A program made the translations under genes and the position numbers. Positions 1 to 9,474 of a stretch of 49,207 bases of DNA are shown one piece after another (the first letter of the stretch is position 1; every line of letters starts with the position of its first letter). Under the pieces are notes generated by a model. That model saw nothing but the letters and a program-made list of their open reading frames with translations. It was not told where the DNA came from and did no database searches. The stretch is from an uncultured Pseudomonadota bacterium (GTDB taxonomy: Bacteria; Pseudomonadota; Alphaproteobacteria; Rs-D84), in assembly GCA_902799285.1 (NCBI GenBank), contig CADCAA010000002.1, positions 1 to 49,207 of the forward strand, given 5' to 3'.

Positions 1-687
1 GATACGCGCGTGTTTGCTAAATTAGCGTCGCATTTTGATATTAAAACAAAATGCATTTCTCATCATGAACATAACGAGAAAAAAGTCATAGATTCTATTA
101 TTCAAAAGATAAGTGATGGGTTCGCTGTGGCGGTTGTGACCGATGCTGGTATGCCGGGGATTTCTGACCCTGGGTTTCGGTTGGTTCGTGCGGCACGCGC
201 GTCGGGGGTTGATGTGTTCATGGTGCCGGGGCCGACGGCGGTGATTTCTGCGCTGGTGCTATCTGGGTTTCCGACAGACAGGTTTACTTTCTGTGGTTTT
301 TTTGATGAAAAAAAATTACATGATGATAATAAAATTCGGCATACTATTGTTTATTACGAAAGTCCAAATCGTATTATGTCGACAATTGCTGCTTTTGCCC
401 GTGTTATGCCAGAACGTCAGATTGCGATTGTTCGCGAAATTACAAAAATTCACGAGGATGTTATTATTGGATATCCCGCAGATTTAATGCGTATAGAGCC
501 GCCACGTGGCGAAATTGTTATTGTGGTTGCGCCTGCGCCAGATAGAAAGATGACAGATGAAGAAATTTCTGAAATTGTAAATGATGTGGTTGCAACGTCT
601 ACGAAATCAGGGGCGGCTGAATTGGCGGCGCGCGCAGGGATTTCTAAAAAGGAAGCGTATAAAAGATTAGTAAAGGGTGATAAATGA
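1..687 (+). CDS. rsmI: 16S rRNA (cytidine-2'-O)-methyltransferase RsmI, 5'-truncated by the window edge
   Basis: The ORF is in frame from base 1. It carries the tetrapyrrole-methylase-type motif VTDAGMPGISDPGFRLV and a C-terminal helical tail. Its stop overlaps the engB start (ATGA at 684-687). Confidence 0.8.
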   Translation, partial: DTRVFAKLASHFDIKTKCISHHEHNEKKVIDSIIQKISDGFAVAVVTDAGMPGISDPGFRLVRAARASGVDVFMVPGPTAVISALVLSGFPTDRFTFCGFFDEKKLHDDNKIRHTIVYYESPNRIMSTIAAFARVMPERQIAIVREITKIHEDVIIGYPADLMRIEPPRGEIVIVVAPAPDRKMTDEEISEIVNDVVATSTKSGAAELAARAGISKKEAYKRLVKGDK

Positions 688-1238
688 TAAGGTTTGTTGG
701 GTCATTTGATACGGTTGAAAGTTTGCCAAAAACGCAATTTTCTGAATATGCGTTTATCGGTCGCAGTAATGTTGGTAAATCGTCGTTGATAAATGCTGTT
801 GTTGGGGCGGCGGTTGCGCGAACTTCTAATACGCCGGGGCGGACGCAATCATTAAATTTATTTAATATTGATGATAGGGTTTTGTTGGTTGATTTGCCGG
901 GGTATGGCTATGCGCGCGTGTCACGTGATGTTGCGGCACAATGGCTGATGCGTTTGCAAAAATATTTGATGTCGCGGTCGCAACTGAAACGATTGTTTAT
1001 ATTGATTGATTCGCGCGTCGGGGTCAAAGATTCTGATTTGGAATTGATGGATTTTTGCGATAAAAACGGAATTTTGTATCAAATTGTTTATACGAAAAAA
1101 GATAAAAAAGTTCGCGAAACCGAACAATTAAAAATATCGCCCGATGCACATGGCGCAATGTGTGCGGATGTTTTGATGACGTCGGCGACAAAAAATACTG
1201 GGATAGAAGTGTTAAGGAAAATAATTGGCATCAAATAA
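684..1238 (+). CDS. engB: ribosome-biogenesis GTPase EngB/YihA
   Basis: G1 motif GRSNVGKSSLIN and G3 motif DLPGYGYA are present. The 184-aa size is typical. Confidence 0.85.
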   Translation: MIRFVGSFDTVESLPKTQFSEYAFIGRSNVGKSSLINAVVGAAVARTSNTPGRTQSLNLFNIDDRVLLVDLPGYGYARVSRDVAAQWLMRLQKYLMSRSQLKRLFILIDSRVGVKDSDLELMDFCDKNGILYQIVYTKKDKKVRETEQLKISPDAHGAMCADVLMTSATKNTGIEVLRKIIGIK

Positions 1239-3735
1239 AAATATTTTTTGTGTGACCAATCCGGCGCGGATGCTGGATGCATTGTATTCAGTCATTGATG
1301 CATCGGGTGTACCGTTGAGCGATGCACTGATTTTTTTGCCCAGTCGGCGTGCAGTGCGTGCCGCCGAAAAAATGTTTGTGCAAAAATGTGGTTCGGCCAT
1401 TATTTTGCCAAAGTTGGTGGCACTGGGTGAAGGTGTTGATTCAGACGATGTTATAAATCCAGATTTGTTCGGTAATTTAGAGCGGGTGGTTTTGTTGGCA
1501 AAATTGTTGTCGGCGGATGCGAATGTCGGAAATATCTCAACGGCGCTGCCAATCGCGCGTGATTTTGTGCGGGTCCAAGATTATCTGGAAAATGAAGGTG
1601 TGGATTCGTCGGGTATAGATTGGGAATCTTTGGTTGATGAAAAATATGCGGCGCATTTCCAGGCCAAGGCGAAAATGCTGAATATTCTGACGCGTGTTTT
1701 GCCGGATATGGCGCATGGGCGGATGACACCTGCGGCGCAAAGAAATGCCGATGTGCGCGCGTGGATTGATGAGATAGAAAAATATCCATTGGTTGTTGTG
1801 TGTGGTTCAACGGCATCTGTACCTGCGACGGCGGATTTAATGGTGGCGGTGACAAAATTGCCGCATGGTCGCATTATTTTGCCTGGAAAAATTGATGGCA
1901 GAATTTCGGATTTTGAATTAGATACAAATCCGTATAATGCCGAATATAAATTTTTAATGCGTGTAGGTGTTGCGCCGGATGATGTTATTAAATTAGATGT
2001 GGGCCAATCGCATATTGATTTTATGAACTATGCATTTGGAAATGATACGGCGCAATATATGGGTAATCGGGATTTGATGAATTGTCATTTGATAACCCCG
2101 AATACAGAAAGTGAGGAAGCCGCCGCGGTTGCAGAAATCTGTGCGCGTGCGGTGCGGGACAATAAAACGGTTATGGTTATTACGCCCGATGCTGCGGGAA
2201 ATCAAAGAATTGAAAGTGCGTTATCGGACATTGGTTTGGTGGCTGATTTTTCGGGGGCAAAGTCAGGTGTGTCTTTGGATGCGGCACGTGCGATTTTGAA
2301 TTTTATGGATTCGTGGATTGAGTCTGGTTCTGGTCAATGGGATTCGATTTATACACGTATGAATTTTAATCTGTTTGATACGGTTGCAGAAATTGTGTCG
2401 GGCTATATTGATGTTATGCAGCCTGAATTTGAAATTGAATCAGATGAATCTGGGGCCGTGTGGTTGGCGATAAAAAATCTGTCCACGATTTTGAATCAAT
2501 ATGATATCAAACTGTCGGTAAATGAGGCGCGTGCGTTTATTGCGGATGCGGTGGCGACGATTTCATCGCGTGCGGCTATGGATGATGCGGCAAAAATTGT
2601 TGTTTTGGGAACAATTGAATCACGTATGCAAACCGCGGATGTTGTTATACTTACCGGATTAAATGATGGTATGTTTCCTGCGTTGGGGTATGAAAATGCG
2701 TGGTTGCCTAAATCAGTTGCGGAAAAAATAGGGTTGCCGTCGCCAAATCGTAAAGTATCTTTGATGTCTTTGGATTTTATGAATTTGTCGTGTGGTGGCC
2801 AGGTGTATTGGTTGCGGTCCGGAATTTCGGGTGGTGTGAAAACAAATGAATCCAGGTTTTTATCACGTGTTATGGCGCGTGGTGCGGCGGTGGATATGAT
2901 TGTTGGGCAATCGATTTTACAAAGCGTGCGTGCGCGTGATAAAGTTGAATACAATCCGTTAGATTATAGTGCGCCAAATCCGCCGTCTGATTGGAGTGAT
3001 GTTTATGTGACGGAATTGGAAAAATTGATTCACAATCCGTATGCTTTTTATGTTGCGCATATTTTGCGATTGTGTCCGCGTGATGATTGGTGGGTTGGGG
3101 CAGATGCACGTGTTTTTGGGAATTTGGTTCATGATGTAATTGAACATGCACGTGATTTTTCCGCGGCGGCCATTGTTCGTGATATGGACAGGGCGGCACG
3201 TGATGCGTTGCATTTACAAAATGGTGATAGTATGTTGTTCAAATTTTGGCATAAAAGATTTGTCGAAATTGCAAAGTTGGCGGCCGAAAATTCTGAATTA
3301 TTATTAAAATCTGTACCTGAAATCGGTGGCAAAGTCAAAATAGAAAATCGCGTTATTCGGGCGCGTGCAGACCGTGTTTGGGACGGTGGCGTTTTGGATA
3401 TTAAAACAGGGGCCGCACCAAGTAAGACACAATTAAAAGATGGTAATATGCCACAATTACCATTGGAAGCATATATGTTGCAATCGGGCGGATTTAATAT
3501 TAAAACGACCGAGGCATCGGTGTTGCCGGAAATGGTGTTTATGCAGTTGCGTAATTTTGATGTGCGGATGATTTGGTATAATTCTGATGATGTGCGCGAG
3601 ATGATGAATGCCGCCATTGCCAAGGTGACTGAATTAGTGCACCAATATTCGGTTGGAAATGCGCCGTATGAATATCGTGAAACTGGCGATGTTAAATACA
3701 AAGCGTTTGACGATTTGGCGCGTGTTGATGATTAA
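1225..3735 (+). CDS. addB: AddB-like double-strand-break repair protein (PD-(D/E)XK nuclease C-terminus)
   Basis: The N-terminus LIFLPSRRAVRAAEKMF is typical of alpha-type AddB. The C-terminal nuclease-like block is RADRVWDGGVLDIKTG...QLPLEAYML. The ORF begins with TTG at 1225, so the start is uncertain. At 836 aa it is shorter than the roughly 1000 aa I associate with the family. Confidence 0.65.
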   Translation: MASNKNIFCVTNPARMLDALYSVIDASGVPLSDALIFLPSRRAVRAAEKMFVQKCGSAIILPKLVALGEGVDSDDVINPDLFGNLERVVLLAKLLSADANVGNISTALPIARDFVRVQDYLENEGVDSSGIDWESLVDEKYAAHFQAKAKMLNILTRVLPDMAHGRMTPAAQRNADVRAWIDEIEKYPLVVVCGSTASVPATADLMVAVTKLPHGRIILPGKIDGRISDFELDTNPYNAEYKFLMRVGVAPDDVIKLDVGQSHIDFMNYAFGNDTAQYMGNRDLMNCHLITPNTESEEAAAVAEICARAVRDNKTVMVITPDAAGNQRIESALSDIGLVADFSGAKSGVSLDAARAILNFMDSWIESGSGQWDSIYTRMNFNLFDTVAEIVSGYIDVMQPEFEIESDESGAVWLAIKNLSTILNQYDIKLSVNEARAFIADAVATISSRAAMDDAAKIVVLGTIESRMQTADVVILTGLNDGMFPALGYENAWLPKSVAEKIGLPSPNRKVSLMSLDFMNLSCGGQVYWLRSGISGGVKTNESRFLSRVMARGAAVDMIVGQSILQSVRARDKVEYNPLDYSAPNPPSDWSDVYVTELEKLIHNPYAFYVAHILRLCPRDDWWVGADARVFGNLVHDVIEHARDFSAAAIVRDMDRAARDALHLQNGDSMLFKFWHKRFVEIAKLAAENSELLLKSVPEIGGKVKIENRVIRARADRVWDGGVLDIKTGAAPSKTQLKDGNMPQLPLEAYMLQSGGFNIKTTEASVLPEMVFMQLRNFDVRMIWYNSDDVREMMNAAIAKVTELVHQYSVGNAPYEYRETGDVKYKAFDDLARVDD

Positions 3736-4502
3736 TCGATTTCCAGCATCAGTCCACAATGGTCGGTTGGTTTGTTGGCGTTGCGTGGGCATAAATCAAT
3801 TTCGCAATTTTTAATCATTTTGCTGGCGGTTTTATTGCACAGGAAATAATCCAAACGCAATCCTTGTTTGTTGCCAACCGTGTCACGTCCACGGTATCCG
3901 TACCATGTGTAATCAATATCATTTGGGTGTAATTTGCGCCACGCGTCCGTCCAACCATCGTCCAACCATGATTGCATAATTTCGCGCGCCGCCGGTGCAG
4001 AAATGGATGAACCAATATAATTTTTTGGATTCCATATATCGCGGTCGGTTATCGCAACATTAAAGTCCCCGGCGATGATAACACATTCTGGTGAATCCAG
4101 GTATTGTGCAATATGTTTTGTAAATGCATGCATCCATTCCAATTTATACGCAAATTTTGGTGATTCAATATTGTCACCGTTTGGCATATATGTATTTATT
4201 ATGCGAATACGGCCATCAATTACACATTCAATAACACGGGAATTTATATCCGGGTAATTTGGAATACCAAAAGATACATCTTCCACAGAATATTTCGAAA
4301 ATACCGCGACGCCGTTCCAAGATTTTTGTCCAAAAATCCGTATGTTATAGCCAAATTCTTCAAACAACATAAATGGAAAGTTTGCATTATCGACCTTTAA
4401 TTCCTGGACCAAGATTGTATCGTATTCGCCGGTGCGCAAAATGTCGATAAAACTTTCAATATGGGCGCGTATGGAATTAATGTTCAGTGTTAGTATTTTC
4501 AT
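3732..4502 (-). CDS. xthA: exodeoxyribonuclease III
   Basis: The N-terminal VQELKV and C-terminal TDHCGLMLEID motifs fit the EEP nuclease fold. It is 256 aa. Confidence 0.85.
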   Translation of the reverse strand: MKILTLNINSIRAHIESFIDILRTGEYDTILVQELKVDNANFPFMLFEEFGYNIRIFGQKSWNGVAVFSKYSVEDVSFGIPNYPDINSRVIECVIDGRIRIINTYMPNGDNIESPKFAYKLEWMHAFTKHIAQYLDSPECVIIAGDFNVAITDRDIWNPKNYIGSSISAPAAREIMQSWLDDGWTDAWRKLHPNDIDYTWYGYRGRDTVGNKQGLRLDYFLCNKTASKMIKNCEIDLCPRNANKPTDHCGLMLEID

Positions 4503-4504
4503 AT

Positions 4505-4533
4505 TTGATTTTCCTTTTATTCGTGAGTATAAT
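4505..4533 (+). promoter_or_regulatory. sigma70-like promoter for the acyl-CoA-synthetase operon (TTGATT-17 nt-TATAAT)
   Basis: TTGATT lies at 4505-4510 and TATAAT at 4528-4533 with a 17-nt spacer. An AAGGA SD lies about 8 nt before the ATG at 4572. Confidence 0.45.
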
Positions 4534-4571
4534 ATACCCCGTCCAATATAAAAAATACAAGGAAATTTACT

Positions 4572-6152
4572 ATGAGTATGAATACTATGTTAGAAACGGC
4601 GGTCCAACAATGGCCCGAGAATCTGTTTCTGGTGCGTGAAGGGATTACGTATTCTGCGTTTATGGAAATGGTAAAAGCACGCGCGGTCACACTGATGGAG
4701 CACGGCGTAAACGCCGGTGATGTCGTTGGTGTGTTATCACATAATATTCCTCAATTTCCGCTGACACTGTTTGCGATATGGTATATCGGTGCAACTGCGT
4801 TAATGCTGGATACAAATTTAACCCCGTTTGAGTATGATAATATGGCGGTCGTTGCCGGATGCAAATTCGTTTGCGCGGAATCGTCTTTTTTCTATAAAAC
4901 GGACAAGTTTAAATTTATAGATATTACCGCACATGACGGTAATCCTAATCCAATGTTGCGCCCATATAATCTGAAAGATAGCGATATTGCGACGTTGTCC
5001 TTTACATCTGGTTCAACAGGCAGTCCAAAAGTCGTGCCGTTGACACATTATAATTTGACTGAATGTGCAAATTCTTTGGAAGATATGGCTGAATATTTTG
5101 GTTCGGGTGATATCATGTATGGATTTTTGCCACTGTATCATATATTTGGTTTTTCCATCGGGATTTTGGCAACTGTGCACTTTGGGGCGGGTATTGTTTT
5201 GCAACCAACCGTCAATCCGAAATACATTATGGATGATTTCAAAAAGTTTCGTCCACATGTTATTCCGGCTGTGCCGCGTTTGTGGGAATTATTCAGAAAT
5301 AAAATTATGGATACGTTAAAGGCGCAAAAAAAATGGCGTATTGTCGAATTTATTTTGCGTAATCGTGAACGTATTACGGACATGGGCTTGGGATTCTTTG
5401 TTCGCAAAGTCCAAGAACCAATTTTGGATATTTTCGGTGGACGTGTGCGTTTGTTGATTGCAGGTGGTGCCGCAACCAAGCCAGAGGTTGAAACTTTCTA
5501 TGAAAGCCTGGGGTTGGCATTTATTCAAGGATATGGTTTGACGGAAACCGTTGGGCCAATCTGTATTTCAAAACCAAATAAAAAGCGTATGGCTTTTTCG
5601 GTGGGTGCGCCCACGACCAATAACGAATGCGAAATCCGTGACAAAGATGAAAATGGAATTGGCGTTCTGTGGTTGCGTGGTCATCAGGTGTTTGGTGGGT
5701 ATTTGAATAATGATGCCGCAAACAAAGAGGCGTTTGATAAAAACGGTTTCTTTAATACTGGGGATATGGTGTATATGGACAAAAACGGGGAAATACATTT
5801 TGCCGGACGTAAAAAACAAGTGATTGTTTTGGATAGTGGCAAAAATGTTTATCCGGATGAACTGGAAGCGTTGTTTTTGGATATACCCGGCGTTAAAAAT
5901 GTCGCTGTGTTTGAACACAAGGTTAAGGATAAAACGGTCGCATATGGTGTGTTCAGTGTTGATGCGGATATGACTATGGATAAATTGGCGGCTGCGGTGG
6001 CCGAGGCGAATAAGAAAGTTGCGTCGTATAAATGGGTGACCCACTTTGCGATGACGACAGATGATTTGCCGATGACCAGTACCCAAAAAATCAAGCATCA
6101 TATTGTGCGTCAGAATTTGATTGATGGTAAATATCCTATGAAACATGAATAA
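4572..6152 (+). CDS. AMP-forming acyl-CoA synthetase / long-chain-fatty-acid-CoA-ligase-like, paralogue 1
   Basis: Adenylate-forming motifs are present: SFTSGSTGSPK (A3), QGYGLTE (A5), FNTGD (A7), GRKKQVIV (A8) and TSTQKIKH (A10). Confidence 0.8.
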   Translation: MSMNTMLETAVQQWPENLFLVREGITYSAFMEMVKARAVTLMEHGVNAGDVVGVLSHNIPQFPLTLFAIWYIGATALMLDTNLTPFEYDNMAVVAGCKFVCAESSFFYKTDKFKFIDITAHDGNPNPMLRPYNLKDSDIATLSFTSGSTGSPKVVPLTHYNLTECANSLEDMAEYFGSGDIMYGFLPLYHIFGFSIGILATVHFGAGIVLQPTVNPKYIMDDFKKFRPHVIPAVPRLWELFRNKIMDTLKAQKKWRIVEFILRNRERITDMGLGFFVRKVQEPILDIFGGRVRLLIAGGAATKPEVETFYESLGLAFIQGYGLTETVGPICISKPNKKRMAFSVGAPTTNNECEIRDKDENGIGVLWLRGHQVFGGYLNNDAANKEAFDKNGFFNTGDMVYMDKNGEIHFAGRKKQVIVLDSGKNVYPDELEALFLDIPGVKNVAVFEHKVKDKTVAYGVFSVDADMTMDKLAAAVAEANKKVASYKWVTHFAMTTDDLPMTSTQKIKHHIVRQNLIDGKYPMKHE

Positions 6153-6173
6153 TTTATGATAAGGACATATAAA

Positions 6174-7754
6174 ATGACAATGATTGAATTATTGGAAAAA
6201 AATATAACCAGAAATCCTGATACGGTTTTCTTGGTTCGTGAAAATATCACATTTGCTGAATTGCCAAAGTATATCAAGGCGCGTGCGGCGTCATTGATTG
6301 CGGCGGGTGTAAAGCATGGTGATGTGGTTGGTTTGTTATCACATAATATACCTGAATTTGTTTATACTTTGTTTGCAATTTGGTATGTTGGGGGGACTGT
6401 GTTATTATTGGATACAAATTTAACCCCGGTTGAATATGATAATATGACAGAACGCACAAATTGTAAATTGGTTGTCGCGGAAAAGTCTTTCTTTTATAAA
6501 GCCAAAGGTTTCAAATTTGTGGATATTGAATCCAAGGATAAAGATGATGGTGCATCATTAAAACCGTATAAATTAAAAGATTCTGATATTGCGACAATGT
6601 CGTTTACATCGGGGTCTACGGGTGTGCCAAAGATTGTGCCGTTGACGCATTTCAACTTGGTTTCTTGTTCTGATAATTTGGAATATTTGAATCAGTGGTT
6701 AAAGCCGGGTGAAATATTCTATGGATTTTTACCATTGTATCATGTGTTTGGATTTGCTGTTGGATTTTTGGCGCCTTTGCATTTTGGTATGGGAATTTTG
6801 TTGCAATCAACAATCAATCCAAAGGTTATTATGGCGGATTTTGCACAATTTAAACCCCAGGTTATTCCGGCGGTTCCAAAATTGTGGGAAATTTTCCGTA
6901 AAAAAATTATTGATGGCATACGTGATAAGAAAAAATGGTGGTTGGTATCATTTATTATGAATCATCAGGCAGGTTTGCGTATGATTGGATTGGGTAAATT
7001 GGTCGATAAAGTTTTGGGTCAGATACGTTCGGTCTTTGGTGGTCGTGCGCGTTTGTTGGTGGCCGGTGGTGCCGCAACCAAGCCAGAGGTTGAAAAATTC
7101 TATACTCAATTGGGTATGGCGTTTGTCCAAGGTTATGGTATGACCGAAGTTGTAGGGCCGGTTTGTTGTTCAAAGCCATTAAAAAAACGTGTTCCGTATG
7201 CGTTTGGTGCACCAATGGGTGATACACAATGTGAAATCCGTAATCCAGATGAAAATGGTGTCGGTATGTTGTGGGTCAAAGGTAATCAGGTGTTTAGTGG
7301 TTATCTGAATAATGACGAGGCTAATAAAGAGTGCTTTGATAAAAACGGATTTTTCTGCACTGGTGATTTGGTGTCAAAGGATAAAAATGGCGAATACCAT
7401 TTTGCCGGACGTAAAAAGCAGGTCATTGTTTTGGATAGTGGAAAAAATGTTTATCCTGATGAGTTGGAGGCATTGTTCTTGGATATTCCAGGTGTCCGTA
7501 ATGTCGCCGTGTTTGAGCACGAGGTCAAAGGTAAAACTGTTGCATATGCTGTATTTAGTGTAGAAGATGGTGTGACTTTGGAACAAATCGGCGAAGGTGT
7601 TGCGCAAAGAAACAAAAAGGTTGCGTCATATAAATGGGTGACCCACTTTGCAATTACAACCGATGATTTACCTGTGACCAGCACACAAAAGATTAAACAT
7701 CATGTTGTGCGTCAGTATTTGATTGATGGTAAATATACTGAAAAGGGTATTTAA
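6174..7754 (+). CDS. AMP-forming acyl-CoA synthetase-like, paralogue 2
   Basis: It has the same motif set (SFTSGSTGVPK, QGYGMTE, CTGD, GRKKQVIV, TSTQKIKH). The ORF opens at 6156. The ATG at 6174 has an AAGGA SD at 6161-6165 and aligns the N-terminus (MTM...) with paralogues 1 (MSM...) and 3 (MNM...). Confidence 0.8.
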   Translation: MTMIELLEKNITRNPDTVFLVRENITFAELPKYIKARAASLIAAGVKHGDVVGLLSHNIPEFVYTLFAIWYVGGTVLLLDTNLTPVEYDNMTERTNCKLVVAEKSFFYKAKGFKFVDIESKDKDDGASLKPYKLKDSDIATMSFTSGSTGVPKIVPLTHFNLVSCSDNLEYLNQWLKPGEIFYGFLPLYHVFGFAVGFLAPLHFGMGILLQSTINPKVIMADFAQFKPQVIPAVPKLWEIFRKKIIDGIRDKKKWWLVSFIMNHQAGLRMIGLGKLVDKVLGQIRSVFGGRARLLVAGGAATKPEVEKFYTQLGMAFVQGYGMTEVVGPVCCSKPLKKRVPYAFGAPMGDTQCEIRNPDENGVGMLWVKGNQVFSGYLNNDEANKECFDKNGFFCTGDLVSKDKNGEYHFAGRKKQVIVLDSGKNVYPDELEALFLDIPGVRNVAVFEHEVKGKTVAYAVFSVEDGVTLEQIGEGVAQRNKKVASYKWVTHFAITTDDLPVTSTQKIKHHVVRQYLIDGKYTEKGI

Positions 7755-7756
7755 CC

Positions 7757-9331
7757 ATGAATATGTATCAATTTTTTGAACAAACAATGGAAAAGTGTCC
7801 AACGACACTTTTCCTGGTTCGTGAAAAAATTACATTTGCGGATTTTCCAAAATTGGTTCGGGCGCGTGCAACTACATTGAAAAATGCCGGTGTTGTGCCC
7901 GGGCAAACAATTGGTGTATTATCACATAATATTCCTGAATTTATTGTGACGCTGTTTGCGATTTGGTATTTGGGTGGACGTGTGTTGTTGTTGGATACTA
8001 ATTTGACCCAGACCGAATATGATAATATGACACGTCTTACTTGCTGTGAATTTGTTGTGGCGGAAAAATCGTTTTTCTATGATGCGCGTGGATTCAAATT
8101 CTTTGATATTCAAACGCCGGATGCGGATGTGGACGCTGATTTAATGCCGTATCCATTGGACGCAAATGATATTGCGACTTTGTCATTTACATCGGGTTCG
8201 ACGGGTACACCTAAAATTGTACCGCTTACGCATTTTAATTTGATAGAGTGCGCGAATTCTTTTGATGATTTTAACGAGTGGTTTAAACCCGGTGGTATAT
8301 TATACGGATTCTTGCCGCTGTATCATATATTTGGTTTTGCGGCTGGGTTTTTGGCGCCTTTGCATTTTCAAATGGGAATTTTATTACAGCCGTCAATTAA
8401 TCCAAAACTGATATTGGCGGATTTCAAAGAATTCAAACCACATGTGATTCCGTCTGTGCCAAAAATGTGGGAATTATTTCGTAAAAAAATTATCGAAGAG
8501 ATTAAGGCCCAGAAAAAATGGTGGCTGGTGTCGTTTGTATTAAAGAACCAGGTTTGGTTGCGCAAAATTGGTTTGGGATTTATTGTTCGCAAAATTCAAA
8601 ATACTATCAAGGCCATATTTGGTGGTCGTGTGGAACTCTTGATTGCGGGTGGTGCTGCAACCAAGCCCGAAGTGGAAACTTTTTATAACAACCTGGGCAT
8701 TGCGTTTATCCAAGGTTATGGTATGACCGAAACCGTTGGACCGTTTTGTGGTTCGCGTCCGCTGAAAAAACGCGTTCCTTTTGCGTTTGGTAAACCATTG
8801 GGAAACAACGAATGTGAAATTCGTGAAAAAGATACCGATGGTATTGGAATGCTGTGGGTGCGTGGTCATCAGGTGTTTAGTGGTTATATGAATAATCCCG
8901 AGGCGAATAAAGAATGTTTTGATGAACGTGGATTTTTCAAGACTGGTGATTTGGTGTATATGGATAAAAATGGCGAATTACATTTTGCCGGACGTAAAAA
9001 ACAGGTTATTGTTTTGGATAGTGGGAAAAACGTATATCCAGATGAATTAGAAGCGTTGTTTATGGATATCCCTGGTGTTAAAAATGTCGCTGTGTTTGAA
9101 CATGTGGTTGGTGGTAAAACCGTGGCCTATGGTGTTTTCAGTGTAGAGCCAGATATGACCGCAGAACGTTTGGCTAAATCTGTTGCTGAAATGAACAAGC
9201 GTGTTGCGCAATATAAATGGGTGACGCATTTTGCGATGACGACGGACGATTTGCCGATGACGTCGACACAGAAGATTAAGCATCATGTGGTTCGTCAAAA
9301 CCTTATCGACGGAAAATATATCGAAATATAA
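7757..9331 (+). CDS. AMP-forming acyl-CoA synthetase-like, paralogue 3
   Basis: It has the same motif set (SFTSGSTGTPK, QGYGMTE, KTGD, GRKKQVIV, TSTQKIKH). It starts 2 nt after the stop of paralogue 2. Confidence 0.8.
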   Translation: MNMYQFFEQTMEKCPTTLFLVREKITFADFPKLVRARATTLKNAGVVPGQTIGVLSHNIPEFIVTLFAIWYLGGRVLLLDTNLTQTEYDNMTRLTCCEFVVAEKSFFYDARGFKFFDIQTPDADVDADLMPYPLDANDIATLSFTSGSTGTPKIVPLTHFNLIECANSFDDFNEWFKPGGILYGFLPLYHIFGFAAGFLAPLHFQMGILLQPSINPKLILADFKEFKPHVIPSVPKMWELFRKKIIEEIKAQKKWWLVSFVLKNQVWLRKIGLGFIVRKIQNTIKAIFGGRVELLIAGGAATKPEVETFYNNLGIAFIQGYGMTETVGPFCGSRPLKKRVPFAFGKPLGNNECEIREKDTDGIGMLWVRGHQVFSGYMNNPEANKECFDERGFFKTGDLVYMDKNGELHFAGRKKQVIVLDSGKNVYPDELEALFMDIPGVKNVAVFEHVVGGKTVAYGVFSVEPDMTAERLAKSVAEMNKRVAQYKWVTHFAMTTDDLPMTSTQKIKHHVVRQNLIDGKYIEI

Positions 9332-9333
9332 AT

Positions 9334-9362
9334 AAAAAAACCGCCCAAATGGGCGGTTTTTT
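9334..9362. terminator. bidirectional rho-independent terminator
   Basis: An A-run is followed by the stem CCGCCC (9341-9346), loop AAAT, stem GGGCGG (9351-9356) and a T-run (9357-9362). Confidence 0.7.
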
Positions 9363-9474
9363 ATCCGCCTTCGCCGGTAAGGACGGGGTGTTGGGTTCAA
9401 GATAACGAACGATGCTACGGCGCGATGATCGATTTTCTTAATTGTGCGTTTTCAACGCGCAATAACGAAAATCG

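Noticed and set aside
6156-6173. The first ATG of acyl-CoA synthetase paralogue 2.
   Set aside because: ATG 6174 has a properly spaced AAGGA SD and aligns the three N-termini (MSM/MTM/MNM). ATG 6156 lies only 3 nt after the upstream stop and has no SD.
9393-9401. A GGGTTCAAG T-loop-like motif downstream of mnmE, as a possible tRNA.
   Set aside because: The flanking bases cannot form a T-stem (GTTGG versus ATAAC), and no acceptor or anticodon arms are evident.
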